Source: Sedimentisphaerales bacterium
Lineage (GTDB): Bacteria; Planctomycetota; Phycisphaerae; Sedimentisphaerales; Anaerobacaceae
Direction of reading: 5' to 3'
Assembly: GCA_963708075.1 (NCBI GenBank)
Contig: OY970194.1
Location: 2,144,001 to 2,208,000 of the forward strand
DNA: 64,000 nucleotides
The notes beneath the pieces are model-generated. The model ran no database searches, was not told where the DNA came from, and saw only the letters and a list, made by a program, of their open reading frames with translations. Every line of letters begins with the position of its first letter. The stretch's first letter is position 1. Shown in pieces: positions 18,530 to 33,500 of the stretch. The position numbers and the translations under genes are program-made.

Positions 18530-21500
18530 CTACGGGGCGATGACGCGAACGAAACCAGCACCCAGAGCCGGCTGAGTCGGCCGCTCCCGTTGCTGCTCCG
18601 GCAGGGACGGGACGGTCGTGTTGTTCGATGGGTCACGAGTCCTCACAGTCCACGTCCAACCACGGCCCTTGTTGGGCCCGATGTTTACCCGGTAGATCGG
18701 TTGATCGGTCCAGCCGCTGTTGTAGCGACTATCGGAGCACTCGAAGGAGTACTCCACGACGCCGCCGCTGTCATCCGTCGCCACCACGGCCGCCATTTCG
18801 ACCAAGTACTGGCCGATATCGAAACCGAAGTACTCCTTCGGCAGGCCATTCGGGTCCCACTGCGCCGGGTTCGGCAGCGGGGCATTCGCATCTGCTCCGG
18901 CGCCCGTTGTGCCGCACACCCAGTCGGACCAGACGGTTTCATTCAGCGAGGCCGACATATCCCTGGCCTTGACGCGGTAGCAGTACTGCGTGGTCGCAGC
19001 CAGGTTCACATCCGTGTAGACCGTCGTTCTGATCCAGCCGCTGTCGTGACCGTCGGGCGTATCCACCTCATTGACGTCGAAGTAGTACTCCACGCCATTC
19101 GGATCGAAGGACGGTTCGTCGAGTGTTACGATAAGCGCCCTGGGGTCATTCGGATCCGGAGCGACGCTCTCGATCTCCGGAGCCGGCACCGGCGGTGTCC
19201 CGTCCTGCTTGCCCGCGTAGCGGATATCGGACCACTCCGTCTCATTCTTTCGAGGCGACGTATCCCTGGCCTTCACACGATATCCGTACGCCATGCCGGG
19301 TTTCAGGCCGGTATCGATGTAGCTTGGCTTGCTCTGCCAACCGCTACTGTGGCAGTCACCGTGGACGCACTCGAAGGAGTACTCGACGGGCCAGCCCCAG
19401 CCGTCCACAACTTCCTCGACGCTCATGGTCGTCCCGAGGCCGCCGATGGTCAATCGCGGTACGAGATCCCACTCAGGCGGGTTCGGCATGGGCGCCGTGG
19501 TGTCCTGCACCAGCCAGCAGTCCGCGAAGATGGCCAGGTCGATGGCGTTCACCCTGGAATCGAACGTGAAGTCGGCGCCCTCGCACCAGCCATTGGCGTC
19601 CTTGCAGCCTTCGTGGAGCCATTGCTGCGCGAACTTCACGAAGTCGTTGAACTGGATGGCGCCGTCGCGCTCGAGGTCGCAGACTCTGCACGGCTCGAGC
19701 AATCGATAGTGGAAACCGATATCGACAGTGCCAAGGTCCGGCGCGTTGTCCGTCCGCGTCGTGTATTGCGACATGCCGATGCTGCCGGCCAAGGTACTGC
19801 CCGCGTCCACACACGGGCTCTGGCCCACCTGTCCGACGCCGGCAAACATCTGTTCCAGATAGTAGTCGCCCAGCGGTCCGCTGACAAACAGCGGGTCCTC
19901 GTGGATGACGCCCGTGCCGTATGCGAACTGGCAGCCGTCGCTGACCCAGACGTCGTTCGGCCCGGCCCAGATATTGCTGTACGAAACGTTGAGCTTGCCG
20001 CAGCGTCGATCCAGGCTGAAGCCGCTGGCCAGCGCCAGCTCGCTGCCCGCCCGGGCAAGGTTCCGCCACAGGATCGAGTCGATGATGGTGCATTCGCTCT
20101 CGTAGCTGCAGAAGACGGCGCCGCCGAGAACCGGTGATGTTGGGCTCGTTGGCCACGCCCGGTGACACGTTGCCGACAAGCGTGCAGTTCTGTACGGTCG
20201 GCTTGGCATACCACACGGTCGTCAGACCGCCGCCGTCGCGGTAAGCGACGTTATTGACAATCAGGCAGTTGTCGATCGTCATGGCATTTTCGCCGCGCAG
20301 GTAGATGCCGCCGCCCGAACCGAGGGAGGAGTTGCTCGCGACGTTGCAGTCGAGAATCTGGGCGTCCGAGGACAGGCAGAAGATACCGCCGCCCGCCGGT
20401 GTAACCGTGTTGTCGGTCGCATCGTTGGGGTCGTCCGCGGCATCGTTATCCCGGATGTCGCTGTGCTCGATCCGGATGGAGCCGCCGACGCCGGCGAAAC
20501 CGCCGCCCCGCAGCGCCCTATTGGATGTGACGTTGCAGTCCTCAACCGTGCTGGCCACGGCGTCAGCGATGTAGAGTCCGCCGCCGGTGTCCGCCAGGTT
20601 GTCCACGAAATTGCAGTCGAGGATCTGGACGAGCGCACTGCCTTCGGCGCAGACACCGCCGCCGTAACCGATATACGGGTCCAGGCGATGGTTCGGATCG
20701 GTGCCAGCGGTGGACACCGAGGTCATGTTGTCCTCGAACGTGCAGCCACGGAACCTCACCTGGGCATCCGCAGCGCAGTACACGCCGGCGCCAAAGCTGG
20801 GCAGCTCGAAGGGCACCAGGGGTTCCCAGGTCCTTCCGCCGGGCCCAATCGTACCGCCCTGTCCGCTCATGCCGCCGAAGACGCGGTTGCCGCGGATCTC
20901 GCAATGCTCGAAGACCACGTTGCTGTGGATATCGCAGAATGCGCCGCCGCCGTAACCCGAGTACCAGCGATAGTCGCCGATGTACGAGGTCTTGGAGATC
21001 GCCTCCTGGTAGGCATTCGGGTCCCTGATGATGAGATTCATCAGGGAAGACGTTACGGTTCCGCCCACGGTGATCCAGCCCTGGGACAGGTACGCCCAGT
21101 AGCTGGCATAGTCCCAGTCCCAGACCTCCCAGAGGTTCCCGGCCACAAGCTCCTGGGTGACGCCCGTGGAGCTGATGTTGTACGCGCCGGTGGTGCTCCA
21201 GTTGCCGCCGTAGTTGCCTGTGCCGCCGTTCGTGGCGTAGTTGCCGCCGGTGCCGCCGTTGCCGCCGCTGGCCCTGTTGTTCTCGATGCGGCAGTTGACA
21301 ATCCGGGGGGCACTGTAGGGGGCGCAGTACAGGCCGGCGCCATGCGCCCAGCCGCCCCAGCCGCCGCGGCCGCCGTTGTTGTTATCGTCGGCATTGACGC
21401 CGTTGCCGCCGTCGCCGGCCTCGACGATATTGTTCCTGATGAGGCAGTTCTTGATCGTCGGGCGTGCATCGGCCATCACGAGGATGCCGGCGCCTTCCAG

Positions 21501-24500
21501 CGGCACACCGTCCTCGCCATTGGGATGACCCTGGTCGCGATCTCCATCGTCCCCGTCGCCGCCCCGTCCGCCGCAATTCTGGATGGTGAAGCCATTGAAC
21601 ACGGTGCCGGCATCGGCGTTGGACGTGAAGACCACACCAAGGTTGGTGTACCCATTTGTCGTCAGGTAGCCATCGATGATGGTGGACTCGACAGTGCACG
21701 GGTCGTGCGGCGCCCTCGACGTGACGATGATCGATTTATCGATGACCAGCGCCTGAGCATTGTAGCCGCCGAAGTACCGGCCCGGATCTACGATGACCGT
21801 ATCGCCTTCACGAGCCGCATTCACCGCGTCCTGGATTGTCGAATACGCGCCCGGGCCCACGGCAAGCGTTCGGGCTATCTTCTTCTCGAAGGAGACGACC
21901 ACGACCTTGTCGGTACTCATACTGACGATGTTCTGCCTGGCCGTGCTGGCATCGGCGTCCGTGCCCACCCACTGGAACAGGCGGTAGCCCGGATCGGCCA
22001 TCGCATTGACATCGACGACTGTGCCGGGCGAGAGGAGATGCACTACCGTTTGGCCCGGCTCGACCGTGTAGATCCTCCTCGCATAGGCGTTGGGATCGTT
22101 CATGTCGATGACATCAGCGAAATCTGGATAGTAGGCGAACGTCGCCTTTCCATTGCCGACCACGCTCATCGTCAGCTTATAGCGGATGGCTTGACCGACA
22201 TAGAACGGATAGTGATAGCCCATGTCTGCAAAGCCGGTATCCGGCAGGCTCCGGATGTTCGTCGTGATCTGATTCACATCATACGTATCTTCCAGGTTCT
22301 GGAGCACGAACTGCTCGCCGGCGTTGATGCACGGGCTCTGTTGGGGCTGGCCGCCCCCGGCCTGGCTGAGGTAGAACTGGCCCATCGGGCCGCCGACCCA
22401 CAGCGGATCGCCGTTGATGTTGCTGTCGCCGTCGTCGCCATTCTCGATGTCCGAGAAGCTGGCGTCGCATCCGTAGAGGTCATCGCCCTGCCCGTTCAAA
22501 TCGCCCCACCGCCCGTAGAGAGGATCCATGGACAGCGAGCCGTTCCGGCCGATGATACAATCGGTGATCGTCGGGCTCGCATCGCGGCAGGCAACACCAC
22601 CCTTGGGCAGATTGTCGCCGGTGTCGCCGCCGGTCCCGCCATAGGATAGACCCCAGTTGTACGCGATCGTGCACAGGGTGATCGTGGCATCCGAATCGCG
22701 CAGGAAGATGGAGCCGCCGATGTCGCCCGACTGGTTCAGTGTGATCAGGCAGTTGATGATCGCGGCGGTCGCCCCGTTTTCGCCATAGAAACCGCCGCCG
22801 TAGCCGCCGGCGACGTTCCCGCTGATCCAGGTAGTCTTGATGATCGGCGAGCCGTTGGCGCACCAGATGCCGCCGCCGTTGCCGGAGGCGCGGCTGTTGA
22901 GAATCCTGCAGTTGTCAATCGTCGGCGAAGCCTCGTTGATGAGGATGGCGCCGCCGTTGTCCGCGCGGCCGTTGCGAATGGTCAGACCGCGGATGATATA
23001 GTTCGGGTCCTCGTTGCTGTCGAAGATGAAGCCGCGTCCGAGACCCATGACATCGATAATGCAGTCGTTTGGCCCATTCTCGCTGCGAATCGTCAGCCAC
23101 CGGACCTCATTGACGTCGAGGCCGGCGCGCAGATTCAGGTTGTAGTTGCCCGCGCCGGTGTAGATGCCATCGGACAGCACGATCAGGTTGTTGGGCCCGG
23201 CCGCATCGATCGCCGACTGGATCGTCAGGAACGGATTGCGAGGATGCGGGGTTCCAAACTCGTTGTAGAGACTGATCACGTTCTGGCCGATCCGCCCAAA
23301 CTCCACGGCGACCCGGACATCGTTGCCGTCGATCGTCACGGTGTTGTTCGGCTCGCGCGACAGGTCGTTATCGGTTCCGATCCACTGCCGCACACGGTAA
23401 TTCGGGTCGGGGATCGCCTTCAGTTGGATCTTCGTCCCGTCGTAGAACTGATCGCTGGCCGGTTCGAGCGTTCCGTGCGGCCCATCGCCCTTGTCAATCA
23501 CGATTCCCGTGTAGTTGAACAGTTGGGCCGGCCCAAACTCGACGATGACCTCGGTGTCCTTCTCGACGGTCACGTCGTTCTCCGACTTCGTGGAATTGTC
23601 ATCATCTGTGTTCGTCCACTGGCGCACCTTATATCCTTTGTCCGGCGTGGCGATCAGATGTACGACTTGACTGCCGAAGCCCGGATAGACGGTGGCCGTC
23701 ATCGGATCGACGGTGCCGTGAGTCAGACCCGTATTGGGATCAGGCTTGATTGTGACGGTCAGGCGGTACTGGACCAGGCCTTGTGCGTAATGATAGCCCA
23801 TGTCCACGATGTCGGCATCGCCTACTCCGTCGGTCCGCGTCGTGCGATCGGCCAGACCGATGGCACTGGCCGTATCGCTGCCGGCATCCACCGCCGGGCT
23901 TTGCTCGAGCTGCCCGGAGGCCGTCTGGCTCAGGTAGTGGCCCGCGATGAACAGCGGGTCCAAGCCAATGTTGTGGGTCTCCGGATCCCAGGTACGGGTC
24001 ACCGGATCCCAGCCGGGAATCTCGGACTGGCCTTCGATGTGGATCGAGGGAGCGATGCCGGAAATCAGGTTGATGCCGCTCATGATGGCGTCCACAACAC
24101 CATTGGCGTCCGCCACCTGCAGCATCGGCGCGCCTGTGCCGGCAGCCAGGTTCCGGAAGAACGCACTCGTCACAGGATCGCCGGCGATCTGCACCGGGAG
24201 GATCCGTTTCTCCGGGGTCTGGGACGCCGCCTGCACAATCTGCAGCAACGTGTAGTTCGTCTGCGGCTCGGGATCATGCGGCGGGGCATCGCCCATCAAC
24301 AGAATCAGGCGATCCACCTTGCCGGGGCGCCAACCGACGCCGTTGACATCCTCCAGGATACTGCCGTCGATGACTCGCATCAGGGCACTGTACACCGCCT
24401 CGGCGAAATTGAGGCCGCCGCCGACCTGAATCGCGTTGGCGGCCCCGGTCACGTCCCCGGGCACCTCGGTAAACGGCGTTCTGACGCGGAATACATAGTC

Positions 24501-27500
24501 CGTGGTCTCGCCGTTTGTGCCATCGTTGAAATCGCGGTAGTCCACGACGGCCACACGATAGTCCGGATGCGTCTGGGCAATCTGGGCCATGATGTCGTCG
24601 GCGGAAGCCCGGACGGCATTGATGTCGTCGAACATGCTGCCCGTGGAATCGATCAGGAACACGAGATCGAGCGGCCTGGAGACCTCGTTCGGGTCGCGAT
24701 CCGGCTGAATGTCGCTGTATGTGACACCGAGCCTGGAAGGCCTGGCCCCGTAGGGATTGCCACTGGCCAGAGCGATCTGGGAGCCATAGTAGTTGCTGGT
24801 ATTGCCCCAGAGAATGGAGTCGGTCATGACGGCGTTGGCGTCATAGGAGACGTAGAGACCGCCGCCGAGGGCAGACTCGAACGCGCCGGAGACGAAGTTG
24901 TCCACGATGGTGCAGTTGGAGATGGTCGGCTCATTGTACCAGTTGACGGACACGCCGCCGCCGTCGCGGCCCGCGTTGTTGCCGCGGATCAGACAGTTGA
25001 ACAGGATGGGGGCGACATTGACGTCCTGGTCGGAGCCTCCGAAGTACAGACCGCCACCGGAGGCCGCCGCGGTATTGCCGAGGAACTGACTGTCCCGAAT
25101 CGTCATCGGCGAAGCGATCCCGCAGAAGCCGCCGCCCCAGCTCATAAGGCCCGCCAGTCCGTTATTCGGGTCCAGGACGACGTTCGGGTCGATGTTGGAC
25201 ATCAAGGCGCGGTTCTTCGATACGACCGTCCCCTCGATAACGCCGGTGGACTCCACACTATACATGCCGCCGCCGTGATATGCGGTGTTCTGGGCGATGT
25301 TGCAGTCCGTGATCGTCGGGGAGGATCGCGACCACCACATACCGCCGCCGATGGCGGCGTTGCTGTCTTCAATGGTGCAGCGGATGAACTTCGGCGAGCA
25401 CTCGTTCTCGAAGGCGATGGACCCGCCGTAGCTGATGTACACGCTGTCCGGAATGGTGACCATGTTGATGTCGGCGGAGTTGTCACGGAAATTGCAGCTT
25501 TCGAATACCGGATCGCTGCCGCCGCCGATGTACACGGCGCCGCCGAAGTTCCTGATGTTCAACCGCCGGTCCGGAAGCGGATCCGGGCTGCCGCCTATGC
25601 CACACAGTCCGGCATAGGAGTGGTTGTCGATGAAATTGCAGTCGACGAATCGCGGGGAGCTGTAGTATTCGATGTATACGGCTCCGCCGTGGCCGCTGTA
25701 CTTCCAGAAATCGTCGAAGTAGCCAAAGACGCTGGAAGACGGACCACCGTAGTAGGATCGCAGGACGCCAGCGGCATCCCACGGGCCCCACTCCCAGCCG
25801 TCCCACCAGAGTCGAATCGTCTGCTCGATGGACTCCGACAGCATCCAGTTGCCGCCTCGTCCGCCGTTGGCGCCCTGGACACCGCCGCCGCCGTCGCCGC
25901 CGTTGCCGCCGTAGACGGCGCAGTTTCGGAACAGGCAGTTCTCAAAGGTCGGACTGCTGCGGAAACCGATGTACACAGCGCCGCCGTAAGCGTATCCGGC
26001 GTAGCCGCCGTCAAAGCCAACGGGGTGCACATCGTTCTGGCCGCCGTCGCCGTTGCCGCCGTTGCCGCCTCGTACGCTGCAGTCGACGAACTGGCAATTG
26101 CGGATCGTCGGCGAGGCGTCGTAAATCGTCATGGCTCCGCCCCACAGGGGTGAGCCGGGGTAGCCATCGTGATTGCCGCCGTCAATGTCGCTGCCGTCAT
26201 CACCATCCGCCCCGACCCAGTGGACATCCCCGATGCTGAGACCGTCGATGACAGTCTCGGGGCCGACCCCGCGAATTTCGAAGATGTAGCGATGCAGCCG
26301 GGTCGCCGCGACAGTACAAGGATCGTCCGGGTTACTGCCGGTCAACGTGATATTCTTGTCGTGGATTCTGATGTAGTTCCAAGGATACTCACTCGTCGCG
26401 ATGGCGGTATAGGTCCCCGTCGGAACGACGACCACGTCGCCGTCTTCGGCCGCGTCAATCCCGTGCTGAATCGAGATATAATCGCCGTTCGACCCGACAA
26501 AGATCGTCCTGGGCTGCTTGAACTCCACCGTGACGTGTCTGTCGGGACCGATGATGACGACACTGTCCGACTTGGTCGCTGTATCATCGGTGGTTCCGGA
26601 CCACTGGCCGACGCGCCATCCTTTCTCCGGGGACGCCTTGACCGCCACAGCCGTGCCTGCATAGTAGGTGCCGCTCAGCGGGCTGATCGTGCCGTGGCCC
26701 CCGATCACCTCGGTCGTCAGGGTGTACTTGGGCAGGTCCGTATGATTCGGGAAGTGATAGCCCAAATCCACCAGGCCCAAATCGCCGACGCCGTCGGTAC
26801 GCGTAGTCAGGCCTGCCAATGAGGAATCCGCCGCGAAAGTACTTCCGGCGTCCACGGCCGGGCTGTTGACGTCCTGGCCGGATCCCTCCTGACTCAGATA
26901 GAATTCGCCTAGCGGACCATCGACAAACAACGGATCTGCGTTGATGTTGGTGATATTCAGATCCGCGCCCGAAAGGGTTTCGATCTGCTGCCTCTCAGGG
27001 CTGACGTACCCGAAATCGCCATCCGGGTTCTCGTAGAACAGGCTGTGCGTGACGGAGGAGTTCGGGGGGCTGTCTTCGGCGATCGCATGTTTGGTGTTCT
27101 TGGTCAGGATGCAATCGCGAACCGTGACGTCCGAGTCCCAGTCGCAGTAGATGGCGCCGCCGAGCCTGTCGGCCATGTTCTCCGAGAACGTGCTGTTCGT
27201 GATGGTGGGCGTCGCAAAGAGCCCGGCCGCAATGGCGCCGCCGTTGCGCCGGGCGGAGTTGTTCATGAACAAGCAGTTCTTCACGCGATGGTCGACATAC
27301 CCGCCGTAGAAGCTGATGGCTCCGCCGGTGCCTTTGAGGCCGCCGGCTTTGTTGTAACCGAAGCTGCAATTTTCAATGTTGGCGTTGGTTCCCACGACGA
27401 CCATACCGCCGCCGACATCGACGCCCTTGCCCAGATACACAGTCCGCACGAAATCGCCACGATTCATGAGCCAGATATCGTAGATGAGACTGAGCCCGGC

Positions 27501-30500
27501 GTCGCCTAATATGCCAATATCGAGGACGTTCGTGCCCACGTCAGCCGGAGGCGCAATACCGCTCTCGCCCGTGGAACTGTTGTCGCTGATCGCGCCTCCT
27601 GTAAGTCTCACGGTTCCGGCGGTCAGGAACAATCCACCGCCGTTCTTGCCCTTGTTGCTCAGGAAATAGCAGTCCGTGAAGACCGCATTGAAGTCCTCGA
27701 AATGCACGCCGCCGCCCTGGCCATAGAAGCCGTCGGTGGCATCGTTGCCGCCGAAGATGCAGGACTTGAGGTTCAGGTCCAGGATGATCGGGGTGTTCGG
27801 ATCGCCGCTGTCATAGAAGGCATCGATTCCACCGCCGCTCTCACCCGTACGGTTGCCCGAGAAGGAGCAGCCTGTAATAGTGGCGTTGCTCTTGAGGCGC
27901 ATGGCTCCGCCGGAGCCGGTCGCGTCGTTGCTCTGGAAATCGCACTTATTGAGGTTCACCTCGGAGCAGAACGGACCGATGTACAACGCACCGCCCTCTT
28001 CCACAAAACTGTTGTCATAGTTGGGGATCGCTCTGGTGGTGGCTGCGTCGTCGGGAGCGGGCGCCTGGTTCCTGCTGAACAAGCACTCGTTGGCATCGAA
28101 GACACTCGATCCTTCCATGTGGACGGCGTCGCTCCTGTTGCGCGTCAGCGTGCAGCCCTGGAGGGATAGATCGCTGCCCTGCGTCGCGTAGATGGCGCCG
28201 CCGGGCGAGAACATGATGAGTTGATCTTCGAGGTTCATGGCCAGGCCGGTGATCAGCACGAATGTGAACGACACATAGGTGCTGTTCTCGTTAAAGGTGC
28301 AGTCGATGAACTTCAGGCTGGAGCCGTTCTGGTACACCGCACCGCCGGCGATCGTGCCGTATGTGGTCACGCTGCCGCTGGCGCCGGGACCGGCCGGGTT
28401 CGGATAAGGATCGGCCAATGCATTTCCAGGGCCATCCGCCCCGGGGGCGCCGACAATACCTGTCGTGGCCACGTTGTTGGCAAAGACGCAACGTTCGAAC
28501 ACAGCGTCACTGCCGGCTTCGCAGTACGCGGCGCCGCCATGGCCGTCGCCAATGGCGTTGCCGGCGTCGCCGCCCCAGCTCTCGCGCCCGTTGCCGTCGT
28601 TCGGATTGCTTCCGTTTCCACCGTCGCCGCCCATACCGCCCTGCGCCAGGCAGTTGCGGATGACGCAATCGACGAATCTCGGTTTGCTGGCGCTCAGACA
28701 GGCGATAGCTCCGCCGTAACTGTTCCCAGAGGCGTGACCGCCGTGGCCGCCCCAGTATCCATCGATATCTGAACCCTGGGGAATCATCGGGCCGTTCAAG
28801 CCGTTGCCGCCCTGGGCCGCGACGACCCTGCAGCTTTCAATCACGCATTTCGAGAAGGTCGGCGAGCTGCCATTCTCGCACAGGATGGCGCCGCCGTAAC
28901 CCGTGCCGGTTTCATCTGTACCACTCGGCATTCGCATGGGACGCGGGATGCTCGTATCCTCGCCGCCGTACTCATCCGGAATGATGAAATGCATCCCCCA
29001 GCCGCCGCCCGTGATGCCGACGGTGCCGATCCAGTAGCCGTTGCGAATCGTCAGACCTTCAATGAGGCAGTCGGATGTCTCTCCACGATAGAAGTGGAAT
29101 GCGCGCTTGCGGGTGAAGCGAGCGCCCTGGCAGTCGATGATCGTGTTGGCCACCGTATTCGGGTCATTCGGGTCCTTGGACATGATCCGGATATTCTTCT
29201 TCTGCAGATCGATGCCCGTCGGATCCGAGATATAGTGGACGCCTTCACTGATGATGATGTTCGTGTCGCCCGGGCTGGCGGCGGAAACCGCCTCTTCGAT
29301 CGTGCGGAACGCCTCCGGCACGTGCAGGTTCCGGGTCTTGTTCAGCTCGAACTCCACAGTGACGAACTTGAAGCTGCTGTCCATCGTCACGGAGTTCGTG
29401 TTGACGTTCCAGGCGGGATCGTTGTTGGTGCCGATCCATTGCCTGACACGGTAGTTGGGGTCGGGAATCGCCAGGAGCGGGATCACCTGGAATTCGTGGT
29501 AGTTGCCGCCCATCGGCTCGACCGAGCCGTGACCGCCGATCACCTGGATCACCAGTTGATACCGGCCCTCGCCCACATAGTGGAAGCCCATATCGACGGT
29601 GTCGGCATCGCCGACCTTATCCGTGCGGGTAGTGTGCTGATCCATCCCGCGGCTGGCGGCCGATGCGCTACCGGTATCCACAGCCGGGCTGGTCTCGGCC
29701 TGGCCGGCCGCCACCTGGCTGAGGTAGTAGGACTCCGTAAAGAGCGGATCTGCCGAGATGTTGCCCTGGAGCCAATTCAACGTGCGGCCCGCCTGGACGG
29801 AGATGCCGCTGCGGCCGCCCTGGATGTCACTGTATTTCACGGTCAGCGACGCCGGCCACTGCAGATGGATCGGATCGCTGGAACTGCCGACCGCCGCCTG
29901 CCTGCCCACCCGCGCGTTGTTACCCCAAAGAATGCTGTCCATCAGCGTGGTCTCACTGCTGTACGAGCAGAGCAGACCGCCGCCCTCGCCGCGACTGGAG
30001 TTGTTCGGATCGCTTGCCGTGTTCTCGACAATCGTGCAATTCGCGATCGTGGGCGCGGCAAACCAGTACGAGGTGACACCGCCGCCGCCGATCAGGGCCG
30101 AGTTGCTCTTGATCAGGCAGTTCTTGAGCATCGGGTTGCACGGATCGCCGCTGAAGTAGACGCCGCCGCCGGTGCCCCGCACGGTGTTCTCGCCGATGAT
30201 GCAGTTCTCGATCAGCGCCCCGGACGAGAAGGCAAATACGCCGCCGCCGGAACCCAGATCCAGATTCCTGGTCTGCGTCACCCGAGGGGGTACAAACCCA
30301 AAATTGGGATCCCACTGAGAGTTCGGATCGTTCGGATCGGGCCACAGGTAACTCGGGGCCCACGTGTTCGGGTCGAATGGAACCGGCGTGATACCGGGAA
30401 GGCTCACCGTCTCCGTCGGTCCGTTGGCCGCGTTGCCCCGGATGCTGCACTGGCGGATGGTGGGCGCACCGTTGCTCCAGTACATGCCGCCGCCGAACTG

Positions 30501-33500
30501 GGCCGTGTTGTTCTGAACCACGGTATTGAACACATCGACCGTGGCGCCTCGCCCGTACCAGTACAGGCCGCCGCCGAACGGCGCGTTGTTGTTCTCGAAG
30601 AAGCTGTTGCGCACGCACACCGTGCTGCCGTTGTACCAGTCGCCGATGACATCGTCGAGGATTCCACCGCCATAGAGACCGCCGCCGGCGCCGATCGTGC
30701 TGATCGCCCGGTTACTCACGAATGTAGTCTCGTTGATGTCGAGCCGGCAGTCGTGCCAGACATAGAGACCGCCGCCGTCGCCGACGTAGAGGGCATTGTT
30801 GGCATCGTATCCTGCGGTGTTGCCGAAATACGCGCCGCCGGTGATCTTGATGGTGCAGAAGGGGTCAAAAGCCTGACCGCCGCCGTGGGTTCCCGCCGAG
30901 TTGCCATTGATCGTGCAGGCAATGAGCTCGGTCTCGCAGCCCTGGGAATAGAACTCGCCGCCGCCGCTGTTGTCTGTGACCAGGTTGTTGCTGATCGTGC
31001 AGTTCGTCAGCTTGGCCTTGCAGTTCGGCATGTAGGCGATGGCGCCGCCGAAGTTCGTCGGAATGCTCCGAATCCCGGTTCCGGGGTCGCCCTGGCTGCC
31101 ACCCGAGCCACCCTGGCCGCCGGCGCCCAGGCTACCGCCTGAACCGCTCGGGCCGCCGTCGCCGCCCGTGCCGCCGCTGCCGCCGGCCCCGCCGTCATTA
31201 CCGCCTGCGCCGCCGCTGCCGCCGGCGCCGCCGGCATAAGAGGGCACAAGGTTCGCCCCGACGTCCTCAACGCGGGCGATACTTCCTGAGATCTCCGTAT
31301 CGGATATCTCGATCTGGCAGTCGTCGCCGAAGAAGATGGCGCCGCCCCAGGACCTGGCTCCGTTCTTGCCCATGTGGCCGCCGTCACCACCGCGGCCGCC
31401 GGGACCGCCGACGCCCGCAGCACCCTCCTGACCATCCGCGCCATCCTCCGCATCTCCGGGACCTTCACCGCCGGTGCCACCCGCACCGCCAGCGCCGGCG
31501 TCACCACCGGCCCCGCCCGCGCCGCCGGGACCGCCGTAGTTACCTGTCCCTTGCTGGATCCGGCTGTCTCTCACTATGCAGAACTTGATCACAGGACGGC
31601 AATTCGGTCCGAAATACATCGTGCCGCCCAGGGCTTCGCCGCCGTCGCCACCGTCGCCGCCGCGACCGCCGTCGCCGCCTATTCCGCCTGGTCCACCGGG
31701 ACCACCCGCGCCACCGGCGCCGCCGGCGCCGCCGGGCCCGTCATTGAAGCCCTCGCTGCCGGGTTGACCATCCTGACCCGCCTGACCGGTCCCGCCCGCC
31801 TGGCCTGCCTGACCATCCTGACCCTGACCGCCAAAACCACCGTCACCGCCGATAGCACGGTTATAGACAAACGTGCAATGCAGGATCAGCGGTGCACTAT
31901 TCGCGTCGAAATAGAAGGCGCCGCCATAGCCATGACCGCCGCGACCACCCTTGGCAGCGGGCGCACCCGGCGCCCGGGAGCACCATCGGCGCCCGGCTGA
32001 CCATCGAAGCCCGGTTGACCAGCTGTGCCGGGAATCGGCGCATTCGGGTCCACGGGCTGAGGCAGATTCGGATCGTTCGGGTCCGCGTCCGGTGGAGCAT
32101 CCAGAGGATCGTTCGGATCCGGAGGATCCGCAGGATCCGGCTGGGGCTGAGGGGCTTGCGGAGGAACATTGGCATCCGCACCTGTCTGGCCCTGGGCCAG
32201 GCAGTTCTCGATCACGAGGTTTGCCAACGTCGGACTGCTTCCCCTGAAGCAGGCAATCGCGCCGCCAAATGCATCCCGACCATCGGCGCCATTGTTCCCG
32301 GTAGCGCTGTTCGGATCCCCACCGCTGACCAAGCCGTTACGAATGGTGAATCCCTGTATCACGGCCTCCGGGCCTTCGCCGTTCTGGAAGACGAATGCGC
32401 GGCCTAGCCCGCTGCAGTCAATGATTGTGTGGGCCACCGTGTACGGATCGGTCGGGTTCTCGCTGGTTAGAACGATCGACTTGCCGCCGAAATCGAGGTC
32501 ATGAGTCTGGTACGTACCTCCCAAGACGATGATCTTGTCGCCGTGAGAGCGGGCGTGCTCAATGGCCTCGGCAATGGTCTTATACTGGCCGGGGACCGCC
32601 AGGCTCCTGCCTTGCATGAAGCTGACCGTGACCACTTTGTCGCCGGTCATCGTAACCGTGTTGTCGTTGGCCCAGGACTTGTCGTTGTCGGTCCCTTGCC
32701 ACTTGTCGACGATGTACGTGCTCTCGGGCTGCGCCGTCAGATCCACCACCGTGCCTTCGCGGTAGAGTCCCGCCACGCGATGGTAGTCCGGCAGCAGCGA
32801 CCCGTTCCTGCTCGACACCTTCGTCGTCAGGCGATACACCGGGATCTGCTCGAATTCGATCTTGATGTCCATCGGCCCCATCACCGTGATGAGGATGTTG
32901 GGGTCCCTGGTCGTGTCGTTGCCGATCCCGACCCAGCGTTTGATCCGGTAGCCGTCCTTCACGTGCGCGGTCAGCCGCACCACCTCGTACTGGCGGAAGG
33001 AGCCGCTGCTTGGCTCGACGGAGCCGCCGGCCTCATTCGCATCCACCGGTGCGTCGCTGGCATTGACCACCGTGACCGTCAGCGGGAAAGACTGCGCCGG
33101 ACCCGCCCCATAATGGGCGCCCATGTCGATGGCTGCGGTATCCTTGACGCCGTCCGTTCTCGTGGTCATCTCGTGCAGCTTCTGGGCCACGGGCGCAGCG
33201 GTTTCCGGATCACCCATGTCAATGCACGGGCTGCTGATCAACTGCCCGGCCTCCATCTGGCTGAGGTAGTATGCGCCCAGAGGTCCTTTGGTAAATTGCG
33301 GATCGGCGAAGATGTTGCCGGTGCCGAGATCGTCGATGTCTTCGATGCAGGAGTATGTCGCTGTGGCGCCGACGAGATCATCGCCATTGCCCCAGATGAT
33401 GCAGTTCGTAATGATTGGATTGGAGCCGTCGAAGGCCCAGATGCCGCCGTCGCGGGCCAGATTGTTCTTGTCCAGGACGATCGTGCAATTGGTGATCGTC

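Noticed and set aside
18530..19500. Autotransporter barrel or CTERM anchor on the giant protein
   Set aside because: The C-terminus is FN3-like repeats, without a beta-barrel signature, terminal aromatic residue or TM-plus-basic tail.
31080..32030. Separate PE-PGRS or collagen gene
   Set aside because: The Gly-rich tracts are in-frame loops of the giant protein; no PE domain.
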